This document shows, in pieces, positions 1 to 7,546 of a stretch of DNA of 52,722 bases (the stretch's first letter is position 1; every line of letters begins with the position of its first letter). Below the pieces are notes generated by a model. The model was given only the letters and a program-made list of their open reading frames with translations. It did no database searches and was not told the origin of the DNA. The DNA lies in NCBI GenBank assembly GCA_964438025.1, contig CAYTIK010000003.1, positions 7,433 to 60,154 of the forward strand. The letters run 5' to 3'. The position numbers and the translations under genes are program-made. This DNA comes from an uncultured Bdellovibrionales bacterium. Lineage in GTDB: Bacteria; Patescibacteriota; Minisyncoccia; Moranbacterales; UBA2206.

Positions 1-1832
1 TCCTCTTTTGATTCGCCTTCTCTCGGTCCAGTATCTTTGCCTCCTTTTTTGGAAACCGCCATAAAAATCGGATAATCTTTCGGGGTTTCTTCGTTTTCAT
101 CCCATTTTTTCAGAAATAAGATGGAAGTCTTTGTTCCCGTGTGCGGTTTGAAAGTATTGCCGTGTAGTCCAACCACCGCCAAAATTTTCGCTTTTTCCAA
201 AAGATAATCGCGGACGTATTCCATTTGAGTATTATTTAAAACGCCTTGCGGCAAAACAATAGCCATTCTTCCACCCGGACGCAACATATCTAAAGCGCGT
301 TCGATGAAAAGAATGTGCCGCTCCATTTTATTGCGCAATTTTCCTTTTTCATTTTTGGCCAGCTCATATTCCCGAAGCAGAGACGTTTCATGGATTTCTC
401 CCGCAAACGGCGGATTGCTCAATAGCATATCAAAGTCAAAATATTTAAAATTTTCCTGATTGAATTTATTTTTATCATAATCCTCGAATTTATGCAGCCG
501 GTCGCGAAGTTCCGCCCGCGCTCTCTCTTTTTCTCTGTCATCGCCTTGCCATTCTTTTGGATTCAAAGAATTCAAGCGCAAGATATGAGATTTGCCGTCG
601 CCGGCGATGAGCATCATCGCGCGGGCAATTTTGGTCGGCTTGTCGTCAAAATCAATTCCATAAATATATTTTTTCGCGTAATCTGTTTTTCCGGATCGGT
701 CAGATTTTTTTAAATCATTATTCCAGACATAATTCATTGCATGGATGAGAAAACCGCCCGAACCGCAAGCAGGATCAATTACATATTCCCCATCCTGGGG
801 ATTAAGCATTTTTACCGCCATATCAATGGCATGGCGGGGCGTAAAATATTGGCCGCGCTTACCCTTGGCGACATCGGGAAGCAAATATTCAAAAGCCGCA
901 TCAATCACTTCCAGATTAGAGTTTAGGAGTTTGATTTTTTGCAATTCCGAAATACAAACATCCAAATGCGACGGCGAAAGTTCGACCTTTTCATAGGCGG
1001 AAAATATTCCCGGCCATTCCTGGACAGCTTTTTGAAAAAGCTTGTTTATAACATCATAAGTAATATTGGGGTCTTTTGATTGCCTAAATAAAACTTCGTT
1101 TTCTTCCCTTTTTCTGGCTTCTTTTTCATCAAAAAGTTTCGCGTAAATGAGTTTGAAAATTTCCGAAAAAGAATCTTGTCCGGCATTAGCCAAAACCAAT
1201 TCTTCCAAAATTTTTATAATCCGCACCAGATCATATTTAATTTCCAGTTTATCTAAAGTCAATTTTTCTTCCAAAACATCTTCTATTTTCTGATCAACCT
1301 TGGGTATATCGCGAAGCGCTTGATATTCACGTGGATAAGGACGATAAAGAATAACTTTTTCCGTTCCGTTTGACCAAACGCCGATCGGCGCGCCTTCAGA
1401 ATTAATGTAGGTTTTCAATTGATCCAGCCCTTTCTTTTCGGAAGGATTTTTTGTTTCAATTATAATAAGCGGGGTTTCTTTGTCTTTTTGATAGACAACG
1501 ATATCCGCCGCCTTTGCGTGAATTTCATGGCCAAACCTTATATCTTTTTCCACATCAATGCGTTCCAGCGGATAATTATAATATTTCAAAAGTTTTTGTA
1601 TCCAAAGCTGGCGTATTATTTCTTCCGGTTTGGCCAGATTCTTTTCTTCGTTAAAAAGCAATATATCCTTGTCGCGCTTCAAGCATTTTATATAAAATTT
1701 GCCTTTTTCTTTTTCAAAAATTTCCAAAACTTGATCAGGTCGTATTACATCAAATTCTTTAAGACCGTATTGTACTTCCGGATCGCGAAAAATTTTATTT
1801 ATAATCTCATTCGCCAATTTTTGATTTGCCAT
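1..1832 (-). CDS. N6-adenine DNA methyltransferase (HsdM / type IIG-like) with an N-terminal PD-(D/E)xK HsdR_N-like domain; 3' end runs off the window
   Basis: Absent from the ORF track because it has no in-window stop. Manual reverse translation from the ATG at 1830-1832 gives MANQKLANEIINKIFRDPEV... The frame stays open to position 1. SAM motif I DPACGSGGFL lies at 747-776 and catalytic motif IV NPPF at 405-416. The nuclease-like AADIVVY...IIIETK motif ends at 1449-1457. Confidence 0.8.
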   Translation of the reverse strand, partial: MANQKLANEIINKIFRDPEVQYGLKEFDVIRPDQVLEIFEKEKGKFYIKCLKRDKDILLFNEEKNLAKPEEIIRQLWIQKLLKYYNYPLERIDVEKDIRFGHEIHAKAADIVVYQKDKETPLIIIETKNPSEKKGLDQLKTYINSEGAPIGVWSNGTEKVILYRPYPREYQALRDIPKVDQKIEDVLEEKLTLDKLEIKYDLVRIIKILEELVLANAGQDSFSEIFKLIYAKLFDEKEARKREENEVLFRQSKDPNITYDVINKLFQKAVQEWPGIFSAYEKVELSPSHLDVCISELQKIKLLNSNLEVIDAAFEYLLPDVAKGKRGQYFTPRHAIDMAVKMLNPQDGEYVIDPACGSGGFLIHAMNYVWNNDLKKSDRSGKTDYAKKYIYGIDFDDKPTKIARAMMLIAGDGKSHILRLNSLNPKEWQGDDREKERARAELRDRLHKFEDYDKNKFNQENFKYFDFDMLLSNPPFAGEIHETSLLREYELAKNEKGKLRNKMERHILFIERALDMLRPGGRMAIVLPQGVLNNTQMEYVRDYLLEKAKILAVVGLHGNTFKPHTGTKTSILFLKKWDENEETPKDYPIFMAVSKKGGKDTGPREGESKE

Positions 1833-1836
1833 TTTT

Positions 1837-2478
1837 TTACGTGTTAACTTTGGTTAAATTTAAAATTACTTTTCCTTCAAAAATCGTTTCAGGAAAAATT
1901 GGAATATTTTTATAATTGGGATTTTCCGGTTTTAAATACGTCCGGCCTTCTTCGGCTACAAATCTTTTTACAGTCGTTCCATCATCGCTTCGCGCGACGA
2001 CTATATCGCCGTTTTTATATTCTTTAGTTTTTTTTACGAGAAGCATATCACTATCGCAGATATCGGCGTTTATCATGGAATCTCCCCGAACCTGTATTAC
2101 AAAAACTTCATCTTGCGCTTGTTTTATTTCCTCGTTCTGCAAAACTTGCCCGGGTAATGTCATCCAGCTTGAAAAAGTATCAGCGAATGATTCCATATAA
2201 GAACCCGCCGCGCTTACGCCAGCTATTTTAATTAAAGAGTCTTTTCCAATTTCTTTATAGCCCAGCGGTAAAATTTTTATTCCCCGCGCTTGTCCTTCTT
2301 CGCGTTTTATACACTCCTTTTTTTCCAATATTTCCAAAAAATTCAAAACCGATTGATTGGAAGAAACTTTTAATTCCTCCTTTAGATCAGCTAATGTCGG
2401 CGGAAAACCTGAAAAATGTATAGAGTCATAAATTGACTCTAATGCCCTTTTTTGTTTTTCTGTAAGATAATTCTTCAT
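1837..2478 (-). CDS. lexA: LexA repressor (S24 peptidase)
   Basis: The N-terminal winged-helix region (LTEKQKRALESIYDSIHFSGFPPTLADL) matches LexA. It has an Ala-Gly cleavage region (IAGVSAAGS), the Ser motif GDSM and the Lys motif VKRF. The stop is 4 nt upstream of the methyltransferase ATG. Confidence 0.9.
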   Translation of the reverse strand: MKNYLTEKQKRALESIYDSIHFSGFPPTLADLKEELKVSSNQSVLNFLEILEKKECIKREEGQARGIKILPLGYKEIGKDSLIKIAGVSAAGSYMESFADTFSSWMTLPGQVLQNEEIKQAQDEVFVIQVRGDSMINADICDSDMLLVKKTKEYKNGDIVVARSDDGTTVKRFVAEEGRTYLKPENPNYKNIPIFPETIFEGKVILNLTKVNT

Positions 2479-2484
2479 ATTTCA

Positions 2485-2512
2485 ATTATATATGAACATT
2501 TTTACATGTCAA
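2485..2512 (-). promoter_or_regulatory. Candidate lexA promoter, probably giving a leaderless mRNA
   Basis: On the minus strand, TTGACA (2507-2512) is followed by a 16-nt spacer and TATAAT (2485-2490). Only 6 nt separate the -10 from the ATG at 2478. Confidence 0.45.
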
Positions 2513-2542
2513 GTAGCCTCGATTAAGCCATTTTATTTTTTT

Positions 2543-2561
2543 GCATTTTTGTACAAAATGC
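2543..2561. promoter_or_regulatory. Near-perfect palindrome abutting the -35 of the HNH promoter (candidate operator)
   Basis: The sequence is GCATTTTTGTACAAAATGC, with a perfect 12-nt core TTTTGTACAAAA. It lies in the lexA/HNH divergent spacer. Confidence 0.3.
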
Positions 2562-2589
2562 TTGACTTTTTTAGGGCATCTGCTATAAT
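2562..2589 (+). promoter_or_regulatory. Sigma-70-type promoter with extended -10 for the small HNH gene
   Basis: TTGACT (2562-2567) is followed by a 16-nt spacer and TGCTATAAT (2581-2589). Confidence 0.5.
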
Positions 2590-2598
2590 GGCCTATTG

Positions 2599-2608
2599 AG
2601 AGTACTCT
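2599..2608. promoter_or_regulatory. Perfect 10-bp palindrome AGAGTACTCT just downstream of the predicted HNH transcription start
   Basis: The sequence is self-complementary and sits about 10 nt after the -10. It shares a GTAC core with the 2543-2561 palindrome. Confidence 0.3.
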
Positions 2609-2674
2609 TCTGGTTCTCTAGAAACCTGATAACTAATCCGGTCTAAATCTAGGGCTAGACTATAAATTACTTTT

Positions 2675-2920
2675 ATGGCCTTTTCAGAAGAAACTATTCG
2701 CCAAGCATGGAATTTTGCTGGCGGAAAATGCGAATGCAGAAGGACTATGTGCGGTCACTCTTTCCGATGCAATAAAGAATTGCTTTGGGGTAGTAGAGGC
2801 GCTGAAACAGAATATGGATGGGAAGCCCATCATATTAACGCGGATGGTCCTGATTCCTTGAGTAATTGTGAAATCCTCTGCCAGAGGTGTCACAAAAACA
2901 CAGGGAATTATGGTGGATAG
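2675..2920 (+). CDS. Small (81 aa) Cys/His-rich HNH-nuclease-like protein
   Basis: It carries an HNH-like signature: WEAHHINADGPDSLSNCEILCQRCHKN, plus N-terminal CxC...C...C cysteines. It has its own promoter and terminator. Confidence 0.6.
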   Translation: MAFSEETIRQAWNFAGGKCECRRTMCGHSFRCNKELLWGSRGAETEYGWEAHHINADGPDSLSNCEILCQRCHKNTGNYGG

Positions 2921-2953
2921 AATTATTCAATTCTAACGCTAACCAAACAAAGA

Positions 2954-2983
2954 GAAGAGCTCGAGCTTTTCTTTTTGTTTTTT
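2954..2983 (+). terminator. Rho-independent terminator after the HNH gene
   Basis: The stem GAAGAGC-tcga-GCTTTTC (one G-U pair) is followed by TTTTTGTTTTTT. Confidence 0.55.
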
Positions 2984-3079
2984 ATCTTTTCCAATCGCCC
3001 AATTAAATAGCGCTTCTCAATTTAACGGGGTAAACTTTATTACATACCAAATTACGTAATTCCATAAAAGCCCTTGAAA

Positions 3080-3364
3080 TTATTTAAATTTAATTTCTTC
3101 AATCAACTTTCCGCCTAATTTTTCATTGATTTTCCGAATGATTTCTTTTTGCATGAGGCGCAATTCAGAAGCCCAGGCGGAGCTGGTGAATTTGACAAAG
3201 ATGGTTTTCTTGGAAAAATAATCTGGAATTAGTTTAGCCGCTCCTTGATTGCCAAATTCTTCTTTGATAACTTCGCGAAAAATATAAAAAGCGGTTTTTT
3301 CATCTAAGAACGTCTTTTTTTGCCGAACGTCTTTTTTTTGCAACAGCGCTCCTAATGACTTCAT
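3080..3364 (-). CDS. DUF721 / DciA-like protein
   Basis: The C-terminal pattern FVKFTSSAWASELRLMQKEIIRKINEKLG is typical of DUF721. It lies in the dnaA-dnaN neighbourhood and has a 4-nt ATGA overlap with the trxB stop. Confidence 0.55.
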   Translation of the reverse strand: MKSLGALLQKKDVRQKKTFLDEKTAFYIFREVIKEEFGNQGAAKLIPDYFSKKTIFVKFTSSAWASELRLMQKEIIRKINEKLGGKLIEEIKFK

Positions 3365-4332
3365 GGCTTTTTTTTCAGATAATTAAAAGCGCTGTGCGCC
3401 GCCACTGCCCCTTCAGCGGCCGCTATGATGGCCTGACGGAACTTATCCGATCCAGTAGTGATATCGCCGGCCGCCCAAATTCCTTCGACGCTAGTGGCGC
3501 CGTCTGCGCTTATTTTAATATAGCCGCCAGAATCTGTCTTTAAGCCTAATTTTTGGGCAAAATCCCAGCTAGGATCCGATCCCGCTTCAATAAAAAGACC
3601 ATCCAAGGGCATTTCCTTTTGGCCGTTAATTTCTTGGTCTATTTTTATTTTTTCGACTTTTTCCTGGCCGATAACTTCTAAAACATTAGTATTATAAATA
3701 ATCTTTATTTTCTGATTTTCAGCCAAAAGTTTTTTCCAATATTCTTCCGCTGGAAGTTCGGCTTTGCGGTAAATTAAAAAAGTCTCCTTGGCCACTTGAG
3801 CCAGATGGATCGCGGCCCCCACCGCGCTGTTGCCTCCGCCTACAACTGCCACTTTTTTATTTTTATAAAAAAATCCGTCGCAAGTAGCGCAATATGAGAC
3901 TCCCCTGCCTTCTAATTTTTTTTCCCCGGGAATATTCAAATGCCGGCGCTTGGTGCCTGTAGCCAAAACGATAGTTTTAACCCAAAGATCAGTTTTTTCT
4001 GAAATTTTTATTTCAAAAATATGTTTTTCTGCTATTTTTGCAATAGCTGCGACTTCACCGGTAATTATTTCTGGAGAATAACGCTTGGCATGTTCTACCA
4101 TTTTTTGGGAAAGCTCTGTTCCTGTTAAGCTTTCTATTCCCAAATAATTATCTACTTTGTGGCTTTCAGAAATTAAGCCGCCCGGAACCATCCCGATTAC
4201 TACGTGCTTTATCCCATAGCGAGAAGCATAAACCGAAGCTGAAAGACCAGCTGGACCCGCACCAATTATTATCAAGTCCCAGATTTTTTTATTTTCTTCC
4301 ATGAAAGTTTCCCAGTTAAATTTGTCCGCCAA
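3361..4332 (-). CDS. trxB: Thioredoxin reductase
   Basis: It has the motifs GAGPAGLSA, the redox centre CATCDG, and GGGNSA. The track start at 4332 is a TTG; the ATG at 4302 (MEENKKIWDLIIIGAGPAG) is an equally plausible start. Confidence 0.9.
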   Translation of the reverse strand: MADKFNWETFMEENKKIWDLIIIGAGPAGLSASVYASRYGIKHVVIGMVPGGLISESHKVDNYLGIESLTGTELSQKMVEHAKRYSPEIITGEVAAIAKIAEKHIFEIKISEKTDLWVKTIVLATGTKRRHLNIPGEKKLEGRGVSYCATCDGFFYKNKKVAVVGGGNSAVGAAIHLAQVAKETFLIYRKAELPAEEYWKKLLAENQKIKIIYNTNVLEVIGQEKVEKIKIDQEINGQKEMPLDGLFIEAGSDPSWDFAQKLGLKTDSGGYIKISADGATSVEGIWAAGDITTGSDKFRQAIIAAAEGAVAAHSAFNYLKKKP

Positions 4333-4341
4333 GGCGGACGA

Positions 4342-4371
4342 CCCCGCTCTACGGGGATTTAACGGGGTAAA
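4342..4371. repeat. Short GC hairpin plus the ATTTAACGGGGTAAA motif (short-motif family)
   Basis: The hairpin CCCCG-ctcta-CGGGG is followed by ATTTAACGGGGTAAA. The same 15-mer (one variable base) recurs at 3020-3034 and 24265-24279. Confidence 0.5.
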
Positions 4372-5538
4372 TTAATTTTTAATCGGCATAATAATATAAA
4401 TATAATCTGAGACTGGAGCTTCTTTTTCTTCTCCTATCTCCTGCAGAGCGGCTGGAGAAGAACCGCTATTAATCAGCAAGGTCACCCGCAAAGTGTTGAG
4501 CGTATTTAAGCCCTCCAAAAGATACTTGGAGTTAAAAATAATTTCCTGGGACGGCCCTTGTATTTCTAGGCTGAGTTCTGAAAAATTTTCACCCACTTCT
4601 ACGCTCTTAGCTTCAAAAACAACCTGCTGTTTCTCACTCTCGGCTTTTATTTTAATCTCTCCCGATCTGCCAGAAGTAAAGACACTGGCCATTTTAATAA
4701 CGCCCTGGAGCAATTCTTTCTCTCCTTTAATTATAGTTTTAAATTCCTTGGGAATAATGTTTTTGTATTCCGGATATTTCCCATTAATCAGGCGCGAAAC
4801 AATTTTAATGCTCTCCAAATCAAAAAAAATTTGGCTGTTTTCTATGGTTATTCTTATCATCCCTTCTTCGGTTTCATTTTGAATGATGCGCGCCAATTCT
4901 AACAACGTCGCAGAGGGAATAATAATGTTATTTTTTGCTTTAATAAATACTTCGTAAATTTCCTTATTCACATTGCCCGTGCCTAGTTTTAATCGGCTTT
5001 CGGCTAAACGAAAGCTGTCTGTAGCTGCTAAAAAAAGTTCCTGGGGATGAAAAATTACATTTACTCCAGTCAGTTCCTGCCGAGTTTCATTAAAACCAAC
5101 ACAAGGAATTACTTTATTTATAGCTTTTTTAAAAACAAACTTAGGAAGATTAATTAAAAAATCAGCGGTTTTTTGCGGAATTAGGGGAAAATCGTCAGCG
5201 GGTAAGCCTTTAATTACCGCCCTGGAGTGCCCGCTTTTTATTTTTAAATTCTGCTCAATTACCTCCAAATTTAAATTATCTTCTTCTGAGGGAGGTAAGT
5301 TAGCAATAAAATTTCCAATTAATTTAGCTGGGATGGTTATTTTTCCTTCTTTTTCTATTTTAGCGCTAAGTTTGATTATAACTCCAATTTCTAAATTAGT
5401 GGCGGAAAGTTTTAAACTGCCTTTTTCTGTTTCAAAAAGGATATTATTTAAAATTGGCAGGGTATTTTGCTTAGAAACTACTCTTTCTAAATTAAGAATA
5501 GATTTTTTAAATTTTTCTTGATTGCAAATTAATTTCAT
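4372..5538 (-). CDS. dnaN: DNA polymerase III beta sliding clamp
   Basis: It is 388 aa with a typical DnaN N-terminus (MKLICNQEKFKKSILNLERVVSKQNTLPILNNILF). It lies immediately downstream of dnaA. Confidence 0.9.
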   Translation of the reverse strand: MKLICNQEKFKKSILNLERVVSKQNTLPILNNILFETEKGSLKLSATNLEIGVIIKLSAKIEKEGKITIPAKLIGNFIANLPPSEEDNLNLEVIEQNLKIKSGHSRAVIKGLPADDFPLIPQKTADFLINLPKFVFKKAINKVIPCVGFNETRQELTGVNVIFHPQELFLAATDSFRLAESRLKLGTGNVNKEIYEVFIKAKNNIIIPSATLLELARIIQNETEEGMIRITIENSQIFFDLESIKIVSRLINGKYPEYKNIIPKEFKTIIKGEKELLQGVIKMASVFTSGRSGEIKIKAESEKQQVVFEAKSVEVGENFSELSLEIQGPSQEIIFNSKYLLEGLNTLNTLRVTLLINSGSSPAALQEIGEEKEAPVSDYIYIIMPIKN

Positions 5539-5793
5539 AAAAATTAATTAAATTTAATTTATTAGAATATAATTTTAAAATTATTATTATTAGGATTTTT
5601 AAATAAGGGGAAAAGGGGGTGAGTGGTTTTAAATAAGGCAATAATTAAGTGGATAAGAAGGAAAAAATATTGACTTTTAAGAGGTATTTTTTTAATAGTC
5701 TTTTTTAATTTTTTTAATTAACTAGTTAAATGATTTTAAAAACGAGTTTTTAAGGGGTTGTGCGGCCCTTTTTAAAGGCTTTTCCACAACTTA
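5539..5793. promoter_or_regulatory. AT-rich dnaA-dnaN spacer; candidate oriC module
   Basis: It contains DnaA-box-like 9-mers AGTGGATAA (5648-5656) and TTTTCCACA (5780-5788), each 8/9 to TTATCCACA or its complement. Long A/T tracts are present. Confidence 0.4.
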
Positions 5794-7164
5794 TTAACTA
5801 ATAGAATATAATTGTTTTTTCAAAACCTCAAGCTCTTCTACTAATTTTTCATTTAATAATAATTCTTTTTTAATTTTTTCAAAAGCATGGATAGCGGTGG
5901 TGTGGTCTCTGCCGCCCAGACGCTCGCCAATCCCTGGATAAGAATAATTAAGCTCACTTCTCATCAGATACATAATAATCTGTCGCGGCTTAACAATTTC
6001 CCTCTTGCGAACCTTAATCAACAGATCATCTGGCTTGATTTCATAAAAATCCGAAACGATTTTAATAATATGCTTATAAGTGATGCCTTTTTTTCGGCTA
6101 CTGGAAACTATCTCTGAAAGCAGAGAAGAGACAAACTTTAAAGTAATTTTTTCCTGAGTGAGTTGAGCCGAAGCAGAAACTCGATTTAAAGCGCCCTCCA
6201 ACTCCCGGATGTTGCTTGTAATATTGGAGGCGATAAATTCTAGCGCCTCATTTTCAATTTCCAAGCCTTCATTTAAAGCTTTTTTCCTTAAAATAGCCAT
6301 ACGGGTTTCAAAATCAGCCTGGCCGATATCCGCGATCATCCCGCCTTCAAAGCGGGAACGCAGCCTTTCTTCCAGGGTTGGAATCGCCTTGGGCGGGCAA
6401 TCGCTGCTTAAAACAATCTGCTTGTTTAATTGATAAAGAAAGTTAAAAATATGAAAAAATTCTTCTTGGGTTTTTTCTTTTCCAGAAAGAAATTGGATAT
6501 CGTCGATAATCAGCAGATCGATTTTTTGATACTGCTCTTTAAATTCACTTATTTTTTGATTTCTTATTGATTCAATCAAATCGCCAGTGAATCTTTCTGA
6601 AGAAGTATATTTTACCTTGCAACCGGGGTCTTTTTTAAAAACTTCATTGCCGATGGATTGTAAGAGATGGGTTTTTCCCAAACCCACTCCGCCATAAATA
6701 AAAAGCGGATTGTATATTTTTCCCAAATTTTGAGAAACTACATAGCAAGCAGCTCTGGCCAGCTCATTACTTCCTCCGACAATAAAATTTTCAAAAGTAT
6801 AGCGGGGATTAAGGTTGTTTTCCTGGTTAATCCCAGAATCCCTCGAGATTTTAAAATCGGGGCCTTTTTTTGGCGGTAAAATAGCATCCAATTTGTTTTC
6901 CCGGAAAGAATTTGGATGGTTGGTGATGATGGAACAATAAACCTCTTTAACGTCGCCCTGGATATTACGCAGGGCTCGCAAAATGTAAAGCTTATATTTG
7001 TTTTCTAACCACTCTTTCGCAAATCCATTAGGAACCCCAATAAAAACTTTACCATCTTTATTAGATAAGATAGAGGTGTTTTTAAACCAAGTAATAAAAT
7101 TAGCTTTAGAAATAGAAAGTTCTATTTCCCCCAAAACTGCTTGCCAAAGTTCCTCATTGGTCAT
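5794..7164 (-). CDS. dnaA: Chromosomal replication initiator DnaA
   Basis: It has the AAA+ Walker A motif GGVGLGKTHL, a Walker B motif LLIIDDIQF, and a C-terminal DNA-binding helix (GGRDHTTAIHA). The track extends to a TTG at 7245, but the ATG at 7164 (MTNEELWQAVL) matches canonical DnaA N-termini. Confidence 0.93.
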   Translation of the reverse strand: MTNEELWQAVLGEIELSISKANFITWFKNTSILSNKDGKVFIGVPNGFAKEWLENKYKLYILRALRNIQGDVKEVYCSIITNHPNSFRENKLDAILPPKKGPDFKISRDSGINQENNLNPRYTFENFIVGGSNELARAACYVVSQNLGKIYNPLFIYGGVGLGKTHLLQSIGNEVFKKDPGCKVKYTSSERFTGDLIESIRNQKISEFKEQYQKIDLLIIDDIQFLSGKEKTQEEFFHIFNFLYQLNKQIVLSSDCPPKAIPTLEERLRSRFEGGMIADIGQADFETRMAILRKKALNEGLEIENEALEFIASNITSNIRELEGALNRVSASAQLTQEKITLKFVSSLLSEIVSSSRKKGITYKHIIKIVSDFYEIKPDDLLIKVRKREIVKPRQIIMYLMRSELNYSYPGIGERLGGRDHTTAIHAFEKIKKELLLNEKLVEELEVLKKQLYSIS

Positions 7165-7236
7165 AAAGGTTTTATTTAAGCCCCACTCATTGTTTAAAAA
7201 GTATAACATAAAAAATAATCTCCAGTCCAGAGCAAC

Positions 7237-7257
7237 TGTGGACAAGAGTGTGAATAA
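7237..7257. promoter_or_regulatory. Two tandem DnaA boxes upstream of dnaA
   Basis: The boxes are TGTGGACAA (7237-7245) and TGTGAATAA (7249-7257). The latter fits TGTGNATAA exactly. They lie in the rpmH/dnaA divergent spacer. Confidence 0.5.
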
Positions 7258-7315
7258 GCTGTTTATTAATATAAATCAGTCAAAGCCGCTAATTAAGAAA
7301 AGCGGAATTTTTTAA

Positions 7316-7344
7316 TTGACTTCATCTAAGATAATTGGTAAGAT
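7316..7344 (+). promoter_or_regulatory. Candidate rpmH promoter
   Basis: TTGACT (7316-7321) is followed by a 17-nt spacer and TAAGAT (7339-7344). Confidence 0.35.
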
Positions 7345-7385
7345 TTTAAATAGCTAATTAATGAATTTTTAGAAAAATAAACCCT

Positions 7386-7523
7386 ATGAGCCAGACATAT
7401 AAGCCTAAAAGCCTTAGAAGAAAAAGAAGGCATGGTTTTAAAAAGAGAAGCCAGACGAAAGATGGTCGCGTGGTGATGCAAAGACGCAGAAGAAAAGGCC
7501 GAAAAAGAATAACTACAGTGTAA
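7386..7523 (+). CDS. rpmH: Ribosomal protein L34
   Basis: It is too short for the ORF track. Manual translation gives [45 protein letters not shown], a classic L34 sequence. It lies directly upstream of rnpA. Confidence 0.9.
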   Translation: MSQTYKPKSLRRKRRHGFKKRSQTKDGRVVMQRRRRKGRKRITTV

Positions 7524-7546
7524 ATTTGTTTAAACTGCTTTTTTAA

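Noticed and set aside
7165-7245. N-terminal 27-aa extension of DnaA in the track (TTG start, MSTVALDWRLFFMLYF...).
   Set aside because: The extension is hydrophobic and unlike DnaA N-termini, and it would run across the two DnaA boxes. The ATG at 7164 gives the canonical MTNEELWQ start.
7285-7312. Terminator-like hairpin CCGCT-aattaagaaa-AGCGG followed by AATTTTTT on the plus strand in the dnaA-rpmH spacer.
   Set aside because: There is no upstream plus-strand gene to terminate. The stem is only 5 bp with a 10-nt loop, so it is probably fortuitous or part of origin or promoter architecture.
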